Shown: positions 26,307 through 39,220, counted from the stretch's first letter. The stretch: 64,000 bases of DNA from Squalus acanthias (GCA_030390025.1 CM059432.1:107758001-107822000), one strand, 5' to 3'. Notes: generated from the letters alone by a model not told the origin. Made by a program: numbers and translations.

Positions 26307-26970
26307 GGGGGGAAAATTGGGTATCGCCCATTTTGGAGCGGGAATATCGGCAAAGTTAAGCGCCCGGTGCTAATTATCGCCTCCGACTGCAAAATTCGCC
26401 TCCATCACCCCTGGAGTTGATTTGAACAGTAATTCAGGCACTACACACCTCTCTTAAGGCGCAAACGTCGGGGAACGAGGCGCTACCTCAGAACGCTACT
26501 GAAGCTCAGGCGATGACAGTAACCATGGAAGCCAGACAGACTGGCGCTGTCCAGTTCTTAAAGGGGAGGGGCCATCTTGCTGGCCAGCCACACCCTGCTC
26601 ATTGCAGCCTTGAATCTCGGCCTGGAGAGACCTCTAAAGCAATTGTGTTGGAAGCACTAATGGATAGGCCCAGGGAAAACGTTCAGCACTTAGGAACCTC
26701 AAAAGTGGTGCTGAGGGCCAAAACTCCTGAGGACAGCGTTAAATCACTCCAGACGTCTCTCTCCCTCTCAACCTATGTGTACCAAAAATTTTGCCGACAA
26801 GAAAAGGCAGGAAGCGCCCGCCTTTAAATAGCGCTCCCCCAGCCCCTTCCCAACTTAAAAACGTCCCCCTGTACCTGTCGTTCCTAGCGGCAGGCGCTAA
26901 GGCAGGGGGCGCGACTCAATATCCGGTCCGGGGCGTTGCACGCTCGACTGATGTCACGATCTGCGGGCAC
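26307..26970. mobile_element. Inverted partial copy of the 10883-11650 element
   Basis: Reverse-complement similarity to ~11030-11650. Confidence 0.75.
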
Positions 26971-26974
26971 ATAA

Positions 26975-27185
26975 TTTTAAAGACCTCTATTAGGTCACCC
27001 CTCAGCCTTCAATTTTCATGAGAAAAGAGGCCCAGTCTGTTCATCCTTTCCTGATAGGTATAACCTCACAGTTCTGGTATCATCCTTGTAAATCTTTTTT
27101 GCACCCTCTCCAGTGCCTCTATATCCTTTTTATAATATGGCGACCAGAACTGTACACAGTACTCCAAGTGTGGTCTAACCAAGGT
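26975..27185 (-). mobile_element. CR1 RT fragment
   Basis: [31 protein letters not shown] on minus. Confidence 0.8.
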
Positions 27186-29210
27186 TAGATATAAATGCAA
27201 GTCTTTCTTTCTTTCTTCCATTTTTTCGTGTGTTGGCAAATTTTAGTCACTGGAGGGAATTCTCGACAGCCAGCTCCCTCTGCTCGGCACTGGACCTCTC
27301 CCTGCACACACTGAGAGATAGAGACAGTGTAAGAAAGGCTGAGTCAAGGTGGCTAAACAGGAGCAATAGGAATCATTTTTTAAAATTGAAGATTGGTTTC
27401 ACTACCAGACACCAGATTCCAGCCTGCCTGGTCCTGGATCCAGGCCTCCAGCCAAGCCCTGGATCTAGAGCTCTGCTGCCCAGTGACGATGTCCATCCAG
27501 ACAAGCTCCAGTTCCTGATCGCCAGACAGATGGACCCCACACCCAGACTTCCATATTATAACCACAAGCCTACTTGGTCCGGGCCCAGAGTTCCAGCTGG
27601 TCATCCAGCCCCCCAAATCTGACTGTGCCCTCGATTTCCTTTCTACTCAAGCCCTCATCACACATTTACCACTGCTTGTCACAGTGCTCTCTGATGTCAA
27701 TGGCTTCCTCTTTTCAGGCTCTGGTTCCTCACCTTTCAAGATGAGGGGAAACATTCCTGCTCCTCCTGGCCCACAAGCAGTGCTGTAAAGGCACTCACCT
27801 TTGGATCCGGCCCTTCTCACCTCCCTTCAGCGGCCGGGTTTCCCGAGCCCTGGGAAACCCGGCCCGCAGTAGTTAATTCTGAAAGGCTGTTAAAATTTGA
27901 GGCATGCAGCCCATTAACATATTTAAATTACGGACCCGCCTCTTGAGAGCAGGTTAGTCCATTTACCCGACTTTGCTCCATGTAACTTGATGCCCTTACT
28001 CAACAAAAATTGATTGATCCTCAGTCTTGAAAATTTCAATTGACACAGCATCCACAGCCTTGTGACTTAGTAAGATGATTTTAGCTTTAGACACTGTAAA
28101 GGTCATTTTGACAGATAGAGCGTTCCTGGTAAGATGTAATTCTTTTATATAAAAAGAATACACAGTGACTGAAGAATCCTCAATATAATTTTTCTCAAAG
28201 TATGTGCTGTATTTTGATAAGCACTTGAATGAGCTAATGCCTGGAGTGTAAGCCCAGTGTAGGTGTAGGAATGTAAAGTTTCCATGTTGGTGGGTGTTTT
28301 CACTCCTCTGACAATTAGTAAAAGATTCTGCAACCATGTCTCACATTCTGGTGCCAGGTTTACTTAACTGCTACTAATACAGGATTTTTTAGCGCATACA
28401 GCTGTTCTGATTTAAATATGGGGAGGTTTTCCATCTTGAGTGAATTAGCACATTCAAAGTGTTAATCCATCATTTCCTGTTTAATGGTAACTAACAGAAA
28501 CAGCAATTGCGATCGATTTAAATTATTGGGAGGCCAACCGTTCTGGCAGAGAAGAGCCCAGAAGCCATTTTGAGGCCCAGGCCTCATTTGAATAGAGCTG
28601 GCGGCGAGCTGCCTGCCCCCAAATGGGCATCCTGAAGCAGCTCACCGGATTCAGGCCAGCATTAAATCAGGCAGCTAGGAAACCGCCGAGCCGGCACCCA
28701 GATAAGTCTGGGGGAGGGGTCATGAGCACTCCTGCTCAGCCTGGGCACACAAAAATAAATGAAAACTTCCTTTCTCGGGACTTGTTTGGCTCCATCACCA
28801 GTGAAACTGGTCAGGGAGTGCATAGTACAGCCTTTGACCAATTCTGTCCTAGAATATCAATCAGGGTCCTAGGACCCCAGTTTGCATTTAAAAGGTGCTT
28901 ATCGCCTGAAACAGGTGGGCCCAGCAGTCAGCCCTGTTAAAAATGGTAACAGGCAGAGCGCGAGCGTTAACGGGGCGGTAAGTCTACAGACCCCATTTTG
29001 AGGCCATAAGCGCCCCTTTTAACAGCGATTTCGACAAGTTAAAATTGACCCCATTGTTACAGTTTTCCACTGGACAGGGCCAAGAATGCCAGGCCACCTC
29101 TAAGGAGTTGGAAAACTGCAGGAGGACACCTAGAACAGTATAACTCACCGCCATGGCCATTTCTGAATTCCGATAGTCCGATTTACAGATCGAGAGTGAT
29201 TACAACCAAT

Positions 29211-29363
29211 GGGGGTGAAATTGGTCTCGGGCGGGAGAACGAAATGAGTGATAGTGAATCGGCAGCCCGTTTTACATAAGCCAAAGGAATCAGGCGGGGA
29301 GTAAAACGGGCTGCCGATTCACTAGGATCCATTTTGCTGCCACCCAGGATCAATTTCACCTCC
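29211..29363. mobile_element. Palindromic MITE
   Basis: gggggtgaaattg / caatttcacctcc termini; internal arms agtgaatcggcagcccgttttac / gtaaaacgggctgccgattcact. Confidence 0.7.
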
Positions 29364-29899
29364 TATTTCTTCTTTGTGCGGAATCAATCTGAGTTTTGAA
29401 ATCAGATGTAAAGCGTGACCTCTCACTTAGGTTTTAAAAACGATCGGCTTGTGCAGTTTGTATTGAAAATTATGAGACCAACATTGCACCGGTCTCCCTC
29501 CATAACTCCGGGAGTCCCAGAAAACGGCAGAGACACCCATTGTGTCAACTCCCCACCATTTCTGGGTGCTTCCAACTTGCACCCACCCCACCTCTTACAA
29601 GGCAGATAGCATCAGCAGTGGGACCTGGGGCATCGACTCCCTACGTTGGGAATTCACACTCAGCTAGGCGAATCGGGACTCAGCTTATCTCTGGAGGCCG
29701 GTCTGCTGAGTGAGTTGAGACAGAGTGCCCTTGAGTCAGGCTAAAATGGGCCCACCAGTTGGGTCCAGTCCAAGCCAGGGAAGCAGTCTGGACTCCCAAA
29801 GAAATGGCAAGTTGTTTTTCCCCCTATAAATGGATTGGAATCATGTTTGATAGTATAGTTTGGGGATGAACAAAACAGTACTGAGGCAACGTTGTATGC

Positions 29900-30228
29900 T
29901 CAGAGGTGCCGTCTTTGGATGAGACGTTAAACCAAGGCCCCATCCGCCCTCTCAGGCAGATGTAAAAGATCCCATGATACTATTTCGAAGAAGAGCAGGG
30001 ACGTTTTCCTGGTGTCCTGACCAAAATTGATCCCTCAACCACCACCAACACCCAAGCAGATTAACTGATCATTCATCGAATTGCTCTTTGTGGGATCTTG
30101 CTGTGTGAAAATTGGCTGCTGTGTTTCTCTGCATTACAACAATGACTACACTTTAAAAGTACTTAATTGGCTTTGGGACATCATGAGGACGTGAAAGGCG
30201 CTATATAATGCAAGATTTTTCTTTCTTT
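29900..30228 (+). mobile_element. Deu-SINE-like element, head missing
   Basis: gaggtgccgtc..gatgagacgttaaacc..gtaaaagatcccatg core and aaggcgctatata..gcaag tail. Confidence 0.75.
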
Positions 30229-32715
30229 AACATTTAGGTTAACCCTAAGATTCAAACATTCACAAGGTTGAAGCCCTTTCCCAATATTGCTGACTGAACC
30301 TCACCTGTTGGTCAGAGAACATGGAGACATGACCATCACTGGATGATCGTGGATGACGATTGGTCACAAGTTGTGTGGGTAGGAATATTTGTCAATCATT
30401 TTGATCTCCCCTATGAACAATTAGTTTTCATGTAATTCCAATGGCCTCGATAATGGCAAGAGTTGACTTTGACTTCCTTTTATTGAGGACTGTAACGGAG
30501 TCTGCTGATGATGGGAAGGGAGACGCTCCCAGTACACAAATCTCTCCACAGGAATTTTCACCCTCAAGGTCATTATCTCCATTTCCTTGAGGTGAGACAT
30601 TTCATTCTGGACCGACAAGTTACACTGATGCCCCATGAACCTCTAGAATTTTAAAAAATATTATTATTTCTTCCCATGAATAGAAATTAGTGTCAGCAAT
30701 TTGTACAGTGTTGTTACTCAGACGTGCACTCAGCTCAGACATGGAGTCAGCTCAATGGCACGACCTAAATCTTCAGAGTTCAGAACATGAGTGGAGACAC
30801 AAGCTTCCTGCAGTTAAACAGTTGTCCTGGAGGGATGGAATGTTGGCCCAAGTATTCTTGATGTGCCGAAGAGGGAAGCCTCACTGGGATGCAATTCATC
30901 ATTCAGCCACAAGAGTGACAGGCACTTCACTTGTGTTTGTGTCAGTTGTAACTCCACAGTTGGAGCTCTCTAATCCCATTTCCCCGTATCCTTTTACATT
31001 CTTCCTTTTCAAATACTCATCCAATTCCTTTTTAAATTATGTTACGGGAGCTTGATTTTACACAGAAGGTTATTAGAATGTGGAATGCTTTACCAGCCCC
31101 CGTTGAGAGTTAGAACCCATCGTATCCACTAGTCACTTCCCCCTTCATTCTTGTTATAATCGTCAGTCAATGCCCCTTGTTACTGATTCGCCAATCAGTG
31201 GAGACAATCTTTCACTATTAACCTTTTCTGCTCCAGTGAAAAATAACCAATTTTGTTGGCCCTTTCTTTGTAGCTATAACCTCTGACTCCTGGTATCGTT
31301 CGAATGAATCTTCATTGTCCCTTTTCCGTGGCTCCAATATCCTTCCAATAAAACTAAATGCGATCCTGCAACTGTTTATTTGGAAGCGAATTCAAGTCAG
31401 CTGAGTGTTCAGCGCAAATCGTTCTGTATTATTCATGTGAAATCTTCATTGCGAATCATAACTCTCACCTGGTTTGTTTGGAAACCCATAGTCGCAACAT
31501 TTTCAAATTGCTCTGGAAGGCTTTTGGGCCGGGGTGGAATTTCCACTCACCCCATCAATGTGACCTGACTCTGCCCCAAATCTGGTGTTCGGGGTCAATT
31601 TGCATATTGCGCTGGATGCTTGCGTCAAATATGGTGCAATTGGGATGGCTCACCTCAGGGGTGGAGAGGAGAGGAGCACCCGGCCACTGCGTAAGCGGAC
31701 TGGCATTGCTGGCCGAAGAAGGTGAAGCAGTTCAACCTTGGAGCTGCTTTCTCTGGAGACCAGTTTGGTGAAAGCAATCAATTGTCCAGCAAACTTTCCT
31801 CTCCAAGTTTAAATTCTCCCCCCTCAGGCCCTCAACAATACAAGTGTCCCTTGCGCCCAGCGTGGCTAGGGCAAAAATGGAGGTAAATATGTCGTAAGAG
31901 GTATTTTCCTCATTTACATGGCATCATAATACCACCGCCAATCTGTGTATGAGTTCCTTATGTACAGTCCCCTAACGCTACTGGAATTTTGGACTGAGGC
32001 AAAAAGGGGAGTAGACTTGGTGTTACCAGGGTTTTTGGTGCAATGTTGCTGTTTCAGGAGCAAAATACCGTAGGGCTGATCTTAAATCACTCCGTCGACC
32101 GTAAATGGGGTGGGAGCGGCTCGTAAATGGCATCGGGTCATTTACCATTTATGCTGGTGCTCCGGCCATTGCCATTTTGGATAGGGTCGTGAGATGAGTG
32201 GCCGAAGCATCAGCCTGTTTCAGGTGGAAGGCCACTTGTAACATGTAAATCGGGATCTTACAGTGTACGTACGATCCCGATTGCTATTTTGAGGTACAAA
32301 TGGGCTGAGCGGCAGTGTACCAGACATTGAAACAGCCTAACCACCAGCCCATTTAAGAATCGCTGGAGGCCGCCACCAAAAATGTAAGTTTTTCAAAAAT
32401 ACATACCTGAATGTGACCCAGGATATGTTTCACTTCTTTTTCTTGTTGGGTCAAGAGGAGCAAGAATACTCCTTCTAGGCCCACAAAAAAAACTCTGGCC
32501 AGTAGTTGGCCAATCTGAGGCCGTGTGCTTCCCTCTGCCCGGGATTGCACTACCCCCCAGGCTCCATCCTAATGCAATCATAGCAAGTAACACCACAGAA
32601 GGAACCCATTTGGCATTGGCACCCCACTCCCTCATAGTCACCCTCTACAGATATAACCCATCCATTCCTTACACTCATTCCATCACTCAAAGTTCTCTTC
32701 TTTCCCTCCTTGCAG

Positions 32716-33656
32716 GAGAAAAGAGCCCAGAACACGTGGGAGAGGCAGAGAACCAGAGGTGGCCCTCCAGTATTCACCCAACTAACACCAGCAGAGGAGG
32801 GGGCCCTGGAGATATCGAGAGTTGCAGAGCTGCTGGTGGTGGGAGATGGAGAGAGGGGGACATCCCAGCAACCTGGTGACAGAATTACATCTCATACAGC
32901 CACATGGCATACAGCAGTCCCTCATATGGTGACTGATGTCAGCAGCCAGTGAAATGCCATCATGTGGGTAATGGTAACGTTACCCATTCTTATTATAACA
33001 CTTCTAATTCATCTCTTTACTCTACCACAGGTCTATCAAGTGTCTCCCTCTACTGTGTCTGCGATGTCTGCAAATGTGCAGAGAATGGAGGAGTCCATCT
33101 CCAACATGAGCACCACCATGTCGCAGGCGATGGTGATGATGTGCTTTTCCATGGAAAGGATGGCCACCTGCATGGAGCAGCTAATGCGCCACTCACATGA
33201 GCACATGCTAGCTGTGGACAACAGATGGCAGACACTCATAGACCTCATCTCCAGGAATTATATAAACGTAGACTTGGGCATTCATCGTCCCACTGCTGTG
33301 CAGCAAGGTGCTCTCCAGCTCCTTGCTAGCAGGTGGCCCATGAGAGGGATGATGGTGAGAGGGGACCTCGAAGTGGGGGCTCTTCTCAAAGTGCTCTCAC
33401 TTCTCCCCCATTGCCTCCACTTCAGTCAGAGGCCCACATGCTTCCTCGGATCCCGATGGCCGAGTCTGCCCCTGCACAGTTGCAGGAGGAGCAGACTTTT
33501 GTGGGGCCATCACAGGCTCCAAAACCCAGAGGACGTCCGCCAAAAGTGTCTAACAAGTCACAGCAGGGAGCTGAGCAGCCTGCCTCTACCTCTGCTGAAG
33601 CCGCAGGGGTTGCACCTCATAGAAGCACTCGGAAAAGTAAAAAGACAGAAAAGTAG
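32716..33656 (+). pseudogene. Harbinger Myb/SANT-like accessory protein gene, 3' exons (32716-32875 and 33031-33656), degenerate
   Basis: ttgcag|EKRAQNTWERQRTRGGPP motif typical of Harbinger Myb-like proteins; GT..AG intron 32876-33030; coiled-coil-like and basic C-terminal segments in shifted frames. Confidence 0.65.
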
Positions 33657-33940
33657 ATGCACAAGGGTATGCACATGAGTGTATGAAAAAATGTTAGTGT
33701 TAAGTTTCAGTTCTTTTGATGACACACATAAATGTATTTCTTTGCACCACTTGTCCATTTTTGCCTGCTACCTTGGAAGTGGCTTTGTTACTTGGAGTGA
33801 ATGGTGAGACATTACTTAACCTCAAGCACTGGGGGTTTGGGTGAGAGTGGCTTGGTCATTGTAGGACTGCTTTATGGTGTTGTTGGGGGAGGGGAACTTA
33901 GTACAGTATGTGTCAGCAATGTGGCTGCATTGGAGCAAGT

Positions 33941-34545
33941 TAAGTAAATCTGGCCATGATGAGGCCATCCCTGGCCTCCCGGGCAGCAATGTGCACTGCT
34001 GGTGCCATCTCCACCTCAGCTTCCTCCTCATCATCATCTTCCACCTGTTCCTCCTTGTCCTCTGAAGAGGCTGTGCACTCTGCGCCTTGCTCCTCCTGCA
34101 GTTGAGGAAAAAGGAAGACATGTCGGAAGCACTAGTATGGAAGGTGGCATCGTCAGAGCAGATGCGGCGGAGATGGAGAAACTGGGAGAATGGAATAGAG
34201 TCTTTACAGGAAGCGGTGTGGGAGGAAGTGTAGTCCAGGTAGCTGTGGGAGTCAGTGGGCTTGTAGTGAATGTTTGTCAGTAGCCTATCCCCAGAGATGG
34301 AGACAGAGAAGTCGAGGAAGGGAAGGGAAGAGTCGGAGCTGGACCATGTGAAGGTGAGGGAAGGGTGGAAATTGGAAGCAAAGTGAATGACATTTTCTAG
34401 TTCAGGGCGAGAGCAGGAAACAGCACCGATACAGTCATCAATGATTCTGGAGACCCTGGCTGGTGCGTACTGAAGGGCTCCTCCAGATCTGTCAAGGCAT
34501 CTGAAGCGCATTTTCAGCATGCCTATTGTCATGCTCTATGACACA
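33941..34545 (-). pseudogene. Harbinger DDE nuclease (HARBI1-like) C-terminal fragment, interrupted by a Penelope RT piece
   Basis: TIGMLKMRFRCLDRSGGALQYAPARVSRII, then in another frame an acidic tail ending AAREARDGLIMARFT*. Confidence 0.8.
34101..34443 (-). mobile_element. Penelope-like element RT/thumb internal fragment
   Basis: IDDCIGA..FHPSLTFT..LPFLD..HYKPTDSHSYLDYTSSH..SIPFSQFLHLRRICS. Confidence 0.85.
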
Positions 34546-34546
34546 A

Positions 34547-37500
34547 CTGGGGAATGGCGTTCGGGGATGGGGAGAGAGGGAGACTAGGGAATGGGATTTG
34601 GCGGAGAGAGGGAGACTGGGGAATGGGGGTCGAGATGGGGAGAGAGAGAGACTGGGGAATGGGGGTTGGGATGGGGAGAGAGGGAGACTGGGGAATGGGA
34701 GTGGGGATGGGGAGAGAGGGAGACTGGGGAATGGGGTGGGGATGGGGAGAGAGGGAGACTGGGGAATGGGGGTGGGGATGGGGATGGGGAGAGAGGGAGA
34801 CTGGGGAATGGGGGTGGGGATGGGGAGAGAGGGAGACTGGGGAATGGGGGTGGGGATGGGGAGACAGGGAGACTGGGGAATGGGGTGGTGATGAAGAGAG
34901 GGAGACTGGGGAGTGGGGTGGTGATGAGGAAGAGAGGGAGACTGGGGAATGGGGTGGGATGGGGAGAGAGGGAGACTGGGGAATGGGGTGGGGATGGGGA
35001 GAGAGGGAGACTGGGGAATGGGGTGGGGATGGGGAGAGAGGGAGACTGGGGAATGGGGTGGTGATGGGGAGAGAGGGAGACTGGGGAATGGGGGTGGGGA
35101 TGGGGAGAGAGGGAGGTGGGGGAATGGGGTGGGGATGGGGAGAGAGGGAGACTGGGGAATGGGGGTGGGGATGGGGAGAGAGGGAGACTGGGAAATGGGG
35201 GGTGGGGATGGGGAGAGAGGGAGACTGGGGAATGGGGTGGGGATGGGGAGAGAGGGAGACTGGGGAATGGGGCAGGGTTGGGGAAAGAGGGAGACTGGGG
35301 AATGGGGCAGGGTTGGGGAGAGAGGGAGACTGGGGAATGGGGCAGGGTTGGGGAGAGAGGGAGACTGGGGAATGGGGCAGGGTTGGGGAGAGAGGGAGAC
35401 TGGGGAATGGGGGCAGGGTTGGGGAAAGAGGGAGACTGGGGAATGGGGTGGGGATGGGGAGAGAGGGAGACTGCGGAATGGGGATGGGGATGGGGAGAGA
35501 GGGAGACTGGGGAATGGGGGTTGGGATGGGGAGAGAGGGAGACTGGGGAATGGGGTGGGGATGGGGAGAGAGGGAGACTGGGGAATGGGGGTGGGGATGG
35601 GGAGAGAGGGAGACTGGGGAATGGGGGTTGGGATGGGGAGAGAGGGAGACTGGGGAATGGGATGGGGATGGGGGAATGTGGGTGACTCGGAATGGGGTGG
35701 GGGAATTGGGGATTTGGGGATTGGAAGTTGAGGCTCGGGCAGGGTTGGGGAGAGAGACAGGGGAATGTGGTGGTGATGGGGAGAGAGACAGGGGAATGTG
35801 GTGGGGATGGGGAGAGAGACAGGGGAATTTGGTGGGGATGGGGAGAGAGACAGGGGAATGTGGTGGGGATGGGGAGAGAGACAGGGGAATTTGGTGGGGA
35901 TGGGGAGAGAGACAGGGGAATGTGGTGGGGATGGGGAGAGAGACAGGGGAATTTGGTGGGGATGGGGAGAGAGACAGGGGAATGTGGTGGGGATGGGGAG
36001 GGATGCTGGGGAATGTGGTGGGGATGGGGAGAGAGGGAGGGGAATGTGGAGGGGATGGGGAGAGAGGGAGGGGAATGTGGTGGGGATGGGGAGGGAGGCT
36101 GGGGAATGTGGTGGGGATGGGGAGAGAGGCTGGGGAATGTGGTGGTGATGGGGAGAGAGACAGGGGAATGTGGTGGGGATGGGGAGAGAGGCTGGGGAAT
36201 GTGGTGGGGATGGGGAGAGAGACAGGGGAATGTGGAGGGGATGGGGAGAGAGGGAGGGGAATGTGGTGGGGATGGGGAGAGAGGCTGGGGAATGTGGTGG
36301 GGATGGGGAGAGAGACAGGGGAATGTGGTGGGGATGGGGAGAGAGACAGGGGAATGTGGTGGGGATGGGGAGAGAGGGAGGTGGGGGAATGGGGTGGGGA
36401 TGGGAGAGAGGGAGACTGGGGAATGGGGTGGTGATGGGGAGAGAGGGAGACTGGGGAATGGGGGTGGGGATGGGGAGAGAGGGAGACTGGGGAATGGGGG
36501 TGGGGATGGGGAGAGAGGGAGACTGGGGAATGGGGGTGGGGATGGGGAGACAGGGAGACTGGGGAATGGGGTGGTGATGAAGAGAGGGAGACTGGGGAGT
36601 GGGGTGGGATGGGGAGAGAGGGAGACTGGGGAATGGGGTGGGATGGGGAGAGAGGGAGACTGGGGAATGGGGTGGGGATGGGGAGAGAGGGAGACTGGGG
36701 AATGGGGTGGGGATGGGGAGAGAGGGAGACTGGGGAATGGGGGTGGGGATGGGGAGAGAGGGAGGTGGGGGAATGGGGTGGGGATGGGGAGAGAGGGAGA
36801 CTGGGGAATGGGGTGGGGATGGGGAGAGAGGGAGACTGGGGAATGGTGTGGGGATGGGGAGAGAGGGAGGTGGGGGAATGGGGTGGGGATGGGGAGAGAG
36901 GGAGACTGGGAAATGGGGGTGGGGATGGGGAGAGAGGGAGACTGGGGAATGGGGTGGGGATGGGGAGAGAGGGAGGTGGGGAATGGGGTGGGGATAGGGA
37001 GAGAGGGAGACTGGGGAATGGGGCAGGGTTGGGGAGAGAGGGAGACTGGGGAATGGGGTGGGGATGGGGAGAGAGGGAGACTGCGGAATGGGGATGGGGA
37101 TGGGGAGAGAGGGAGACTGGGGAATGGGGGTTGGGATGGGGAGAGAGGGAGACTGGGGAATGGGGTGGGGATGGGGAGAGAGGGAGACTGGGGAATGGGG
37201 GTGGGGATGGGGAGAGAGGGAGACTGGGGAATGGGGGTTGGGATGGGGAGAGAGGGAGACTGGGGAATGGGATGGGGATGGGGGAATGTGGGTGACTCGG
37301 AATGGGGTGGGGGAATTGGGGATTTGGGGATTGGAAGTTGAGGCTCGGGCAGGGTTGGGGAGAGAGACAGGGGAATGTGGTGGGGATGGGGAGAGAGACA
37401 GGGGAATGTGGTGGTGATGGGGAGAGAGGGAGGGGAATGTGGTGGGGATGGGGAGAGAGGGAGGGGAATGTGGTGGGGATGGGGAGAGAGGCTGGGGAAT

Positions 37501-38116
37501 GTGGTGGGGATGGGGAGAGAGGGAGGGGAATGTGGTGGGGATGGGGAGAGAGGGAGGGGAATGTGGTGGGGATGGGGAGAGAGGCTGGGGAATGTGGTGG
37601 GGATTGGGAGAGAGACAGGGGAATGTGGTGGGGATGGGGAGGGAGACAGGGGAATGTGGTGGGGATGGGGAGGGAGACAGGGGAATGTGGTGGGGATGGG
37701 GAGGGAGACAGGGGAATGTGGTGGGGATGAGGAGAGAGACAGGGGAATGTGGTGGGGATGGGGAGAGAGGCTGGGGAATGTGGTGGGGATGGGGAGAGAG
37801 GCTGGGGAATGTGGTGGGGATGGGGAGAGAGACAGGGGAATGTGGTGGGGATGGGGAGAGAGACAGGGGAATGTGGTGGGGATGGGGAGAGAGACAGGGG
37901 AATGTGGTGGGGATGGGGAGAGAGGGAGGCTGGGGAATGGGGTGGGGATGGGGAGAGAGGGAGACTGGGGAATGGGGCAGGGTTGGGGAGAGAGGGAGAC
38001 TGGGGAATGGGGCAGGGTTGGGGAGAGAGGGAGACTGGGGAATGGGGCAGGGTTGGGGAGAGAGGGAGACTGGGGAATGGGGCAGGGTTGGGGAGAGAGG
38101 GAGACTGGGGAATGTG
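34547..38116. repeat. G-rich minisatellite (~26-30-bp units, several subtypes)
   Basis: Units gagactggggaatggggtggggatggggagagagg and gacaggggaatgtggtggggatggggagaga. Confidence 0.97.
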
Positions 38117-38664
38117 GTGTTCGTGAGGCCAAGCATTTCCCACAGAGCCGGGAGCAGCAGCAATGTGGTGAGTGGGAGCGGCGCTGAGAGAGGTGCAGCC
38201 AATAAAGGGGTGAGTGAAACCTGGGGACCTTACTGTGGGTAAACAGTAAAAGCTTATATCCACTGGTGGGCAAATGGGAAACAAGGAGATGGAGACGGAG
38301 GATTCTCACTGGAAGAAACAACGGGGAGGTGTGATGGAAGGTTCTTAAACTGAGGGCTCTTAGAGCAAGGGATGCTCTAACACAAGTGACTATTGAGGTA
38401 GAGACTAGAACAGCATTTAAAAGGGAATGGGATGAGTATTTGAAAAGGAGGAATATGAAAGGATCTGGGTGGAATGGCCTTACAGGACGGAGCGCCAGTG
38501 CCTCCTATGCTGTAAATTCTATCATTCTATGAAAACAGTGCTTTACTGAGTCCAAGCCCAGGTTTAGAAAAGCAAAATACTGTCGATGCTGGAAATCTGA
38601 AAAAACCCCAGAAAATGCTGGAAATACTCAACAGGTCAGGCAGCATCTGTGGAGAGAGAAACAG

Positions 38665-38701
38665 AGTTAACGTTTCAGGTTGATGACCTTTCGTCAGAAC
38701 T
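38665..38701 (-). ncRNA. Minimal type I hammerhead ribozyme motif
   Basis: Minus reads AGTT-CTGACGA-AAGGTCATCAACCT-GAAAC-GTT-AACT: stem I AGUU/AACU, core CUGANGA and GAAA, palindromic ACGU helix III. Confidence 0.8.
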
Positions 38702-38964
38702 GGAAAAAGTTAGAGATGTAACAGATTTTAAGCAAGGATAAAGGCAGGGAGAGGGGTGAGGGGAGAAAAGAACAAAAGGGAAGGTCTGTGATAGGATAGA
38801 AGGCAGGAGAGATTAAATGACAAAAGGCATGATGGTGCAAGGCAAAGGAAGTGGTAATAGGACAAGAAAGAAACAAAAGATGAGTCTAGAGGAGGTGTAC
38901 AAGGCAACAACAAATCTGTTACAAACTTGTCTCTGGGTTGTTTCCGTAACAAAAGGTATTTTTA

Positions 38965-39108
38965 GCAGGTCAGGCAGCATCGATGACCCTTCGACCTGAA
39001 ACGTTAACTCTGTTTCTCTCTCCACAGATGCTGCCTGACCTGCTGAGTATTTCCAGCATTTTCTGTTTTTATTTCGGATTTCCAGCATCCGCAGTATTTT
39101 GCTTTTGG
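38965..39108 (+). mobile_element. Short Penelope pLTR-end insertion in opposite orientation
   Basis: 14-bp TSD aaaaggtattttta (38951-38964 / 39109-39122); ~38995-39106 is the reverse complement of ~38568-38680. Confidence 0.8.
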
Positions 39109-39220
39109 AAAAGGTATTTTTATGTGGACAGGTCGTGAGCTTGACTCAACCCCTGACAAGGAGGATTGGTGACTGCCTTTCGTCAGGTTCCTACCTTTTG
39201 ACCTGCCTGGCTTGGGTGGT

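Larger units (their letters stand above)
38569..39220 (-). mobile_element. Chimeric element: RTE-like 5' UTR + Penelope 3' end with hammerhead; contains a secondary insertion at 38965-39108
   Basis: Colinear with 55582-56010 once 38965-39108 and one TSD copy are removed. Confidence 0.75.

Noticed and set aside
33822..34532. 236-aa ORF as a functional nuclease-RT fusion gene
   Set aside because: Both domains are small fragments lacking most catalytic residues, and the 3' part is out of frame with the nuclease.
34492..38321. ORFs of over 1200 aa rich in Pro/Ser/His and Gly/Trp/Glu
   Set aside because: Open in nearly all frames because the minisatellite lacks stop codons; no domain or gene structure.
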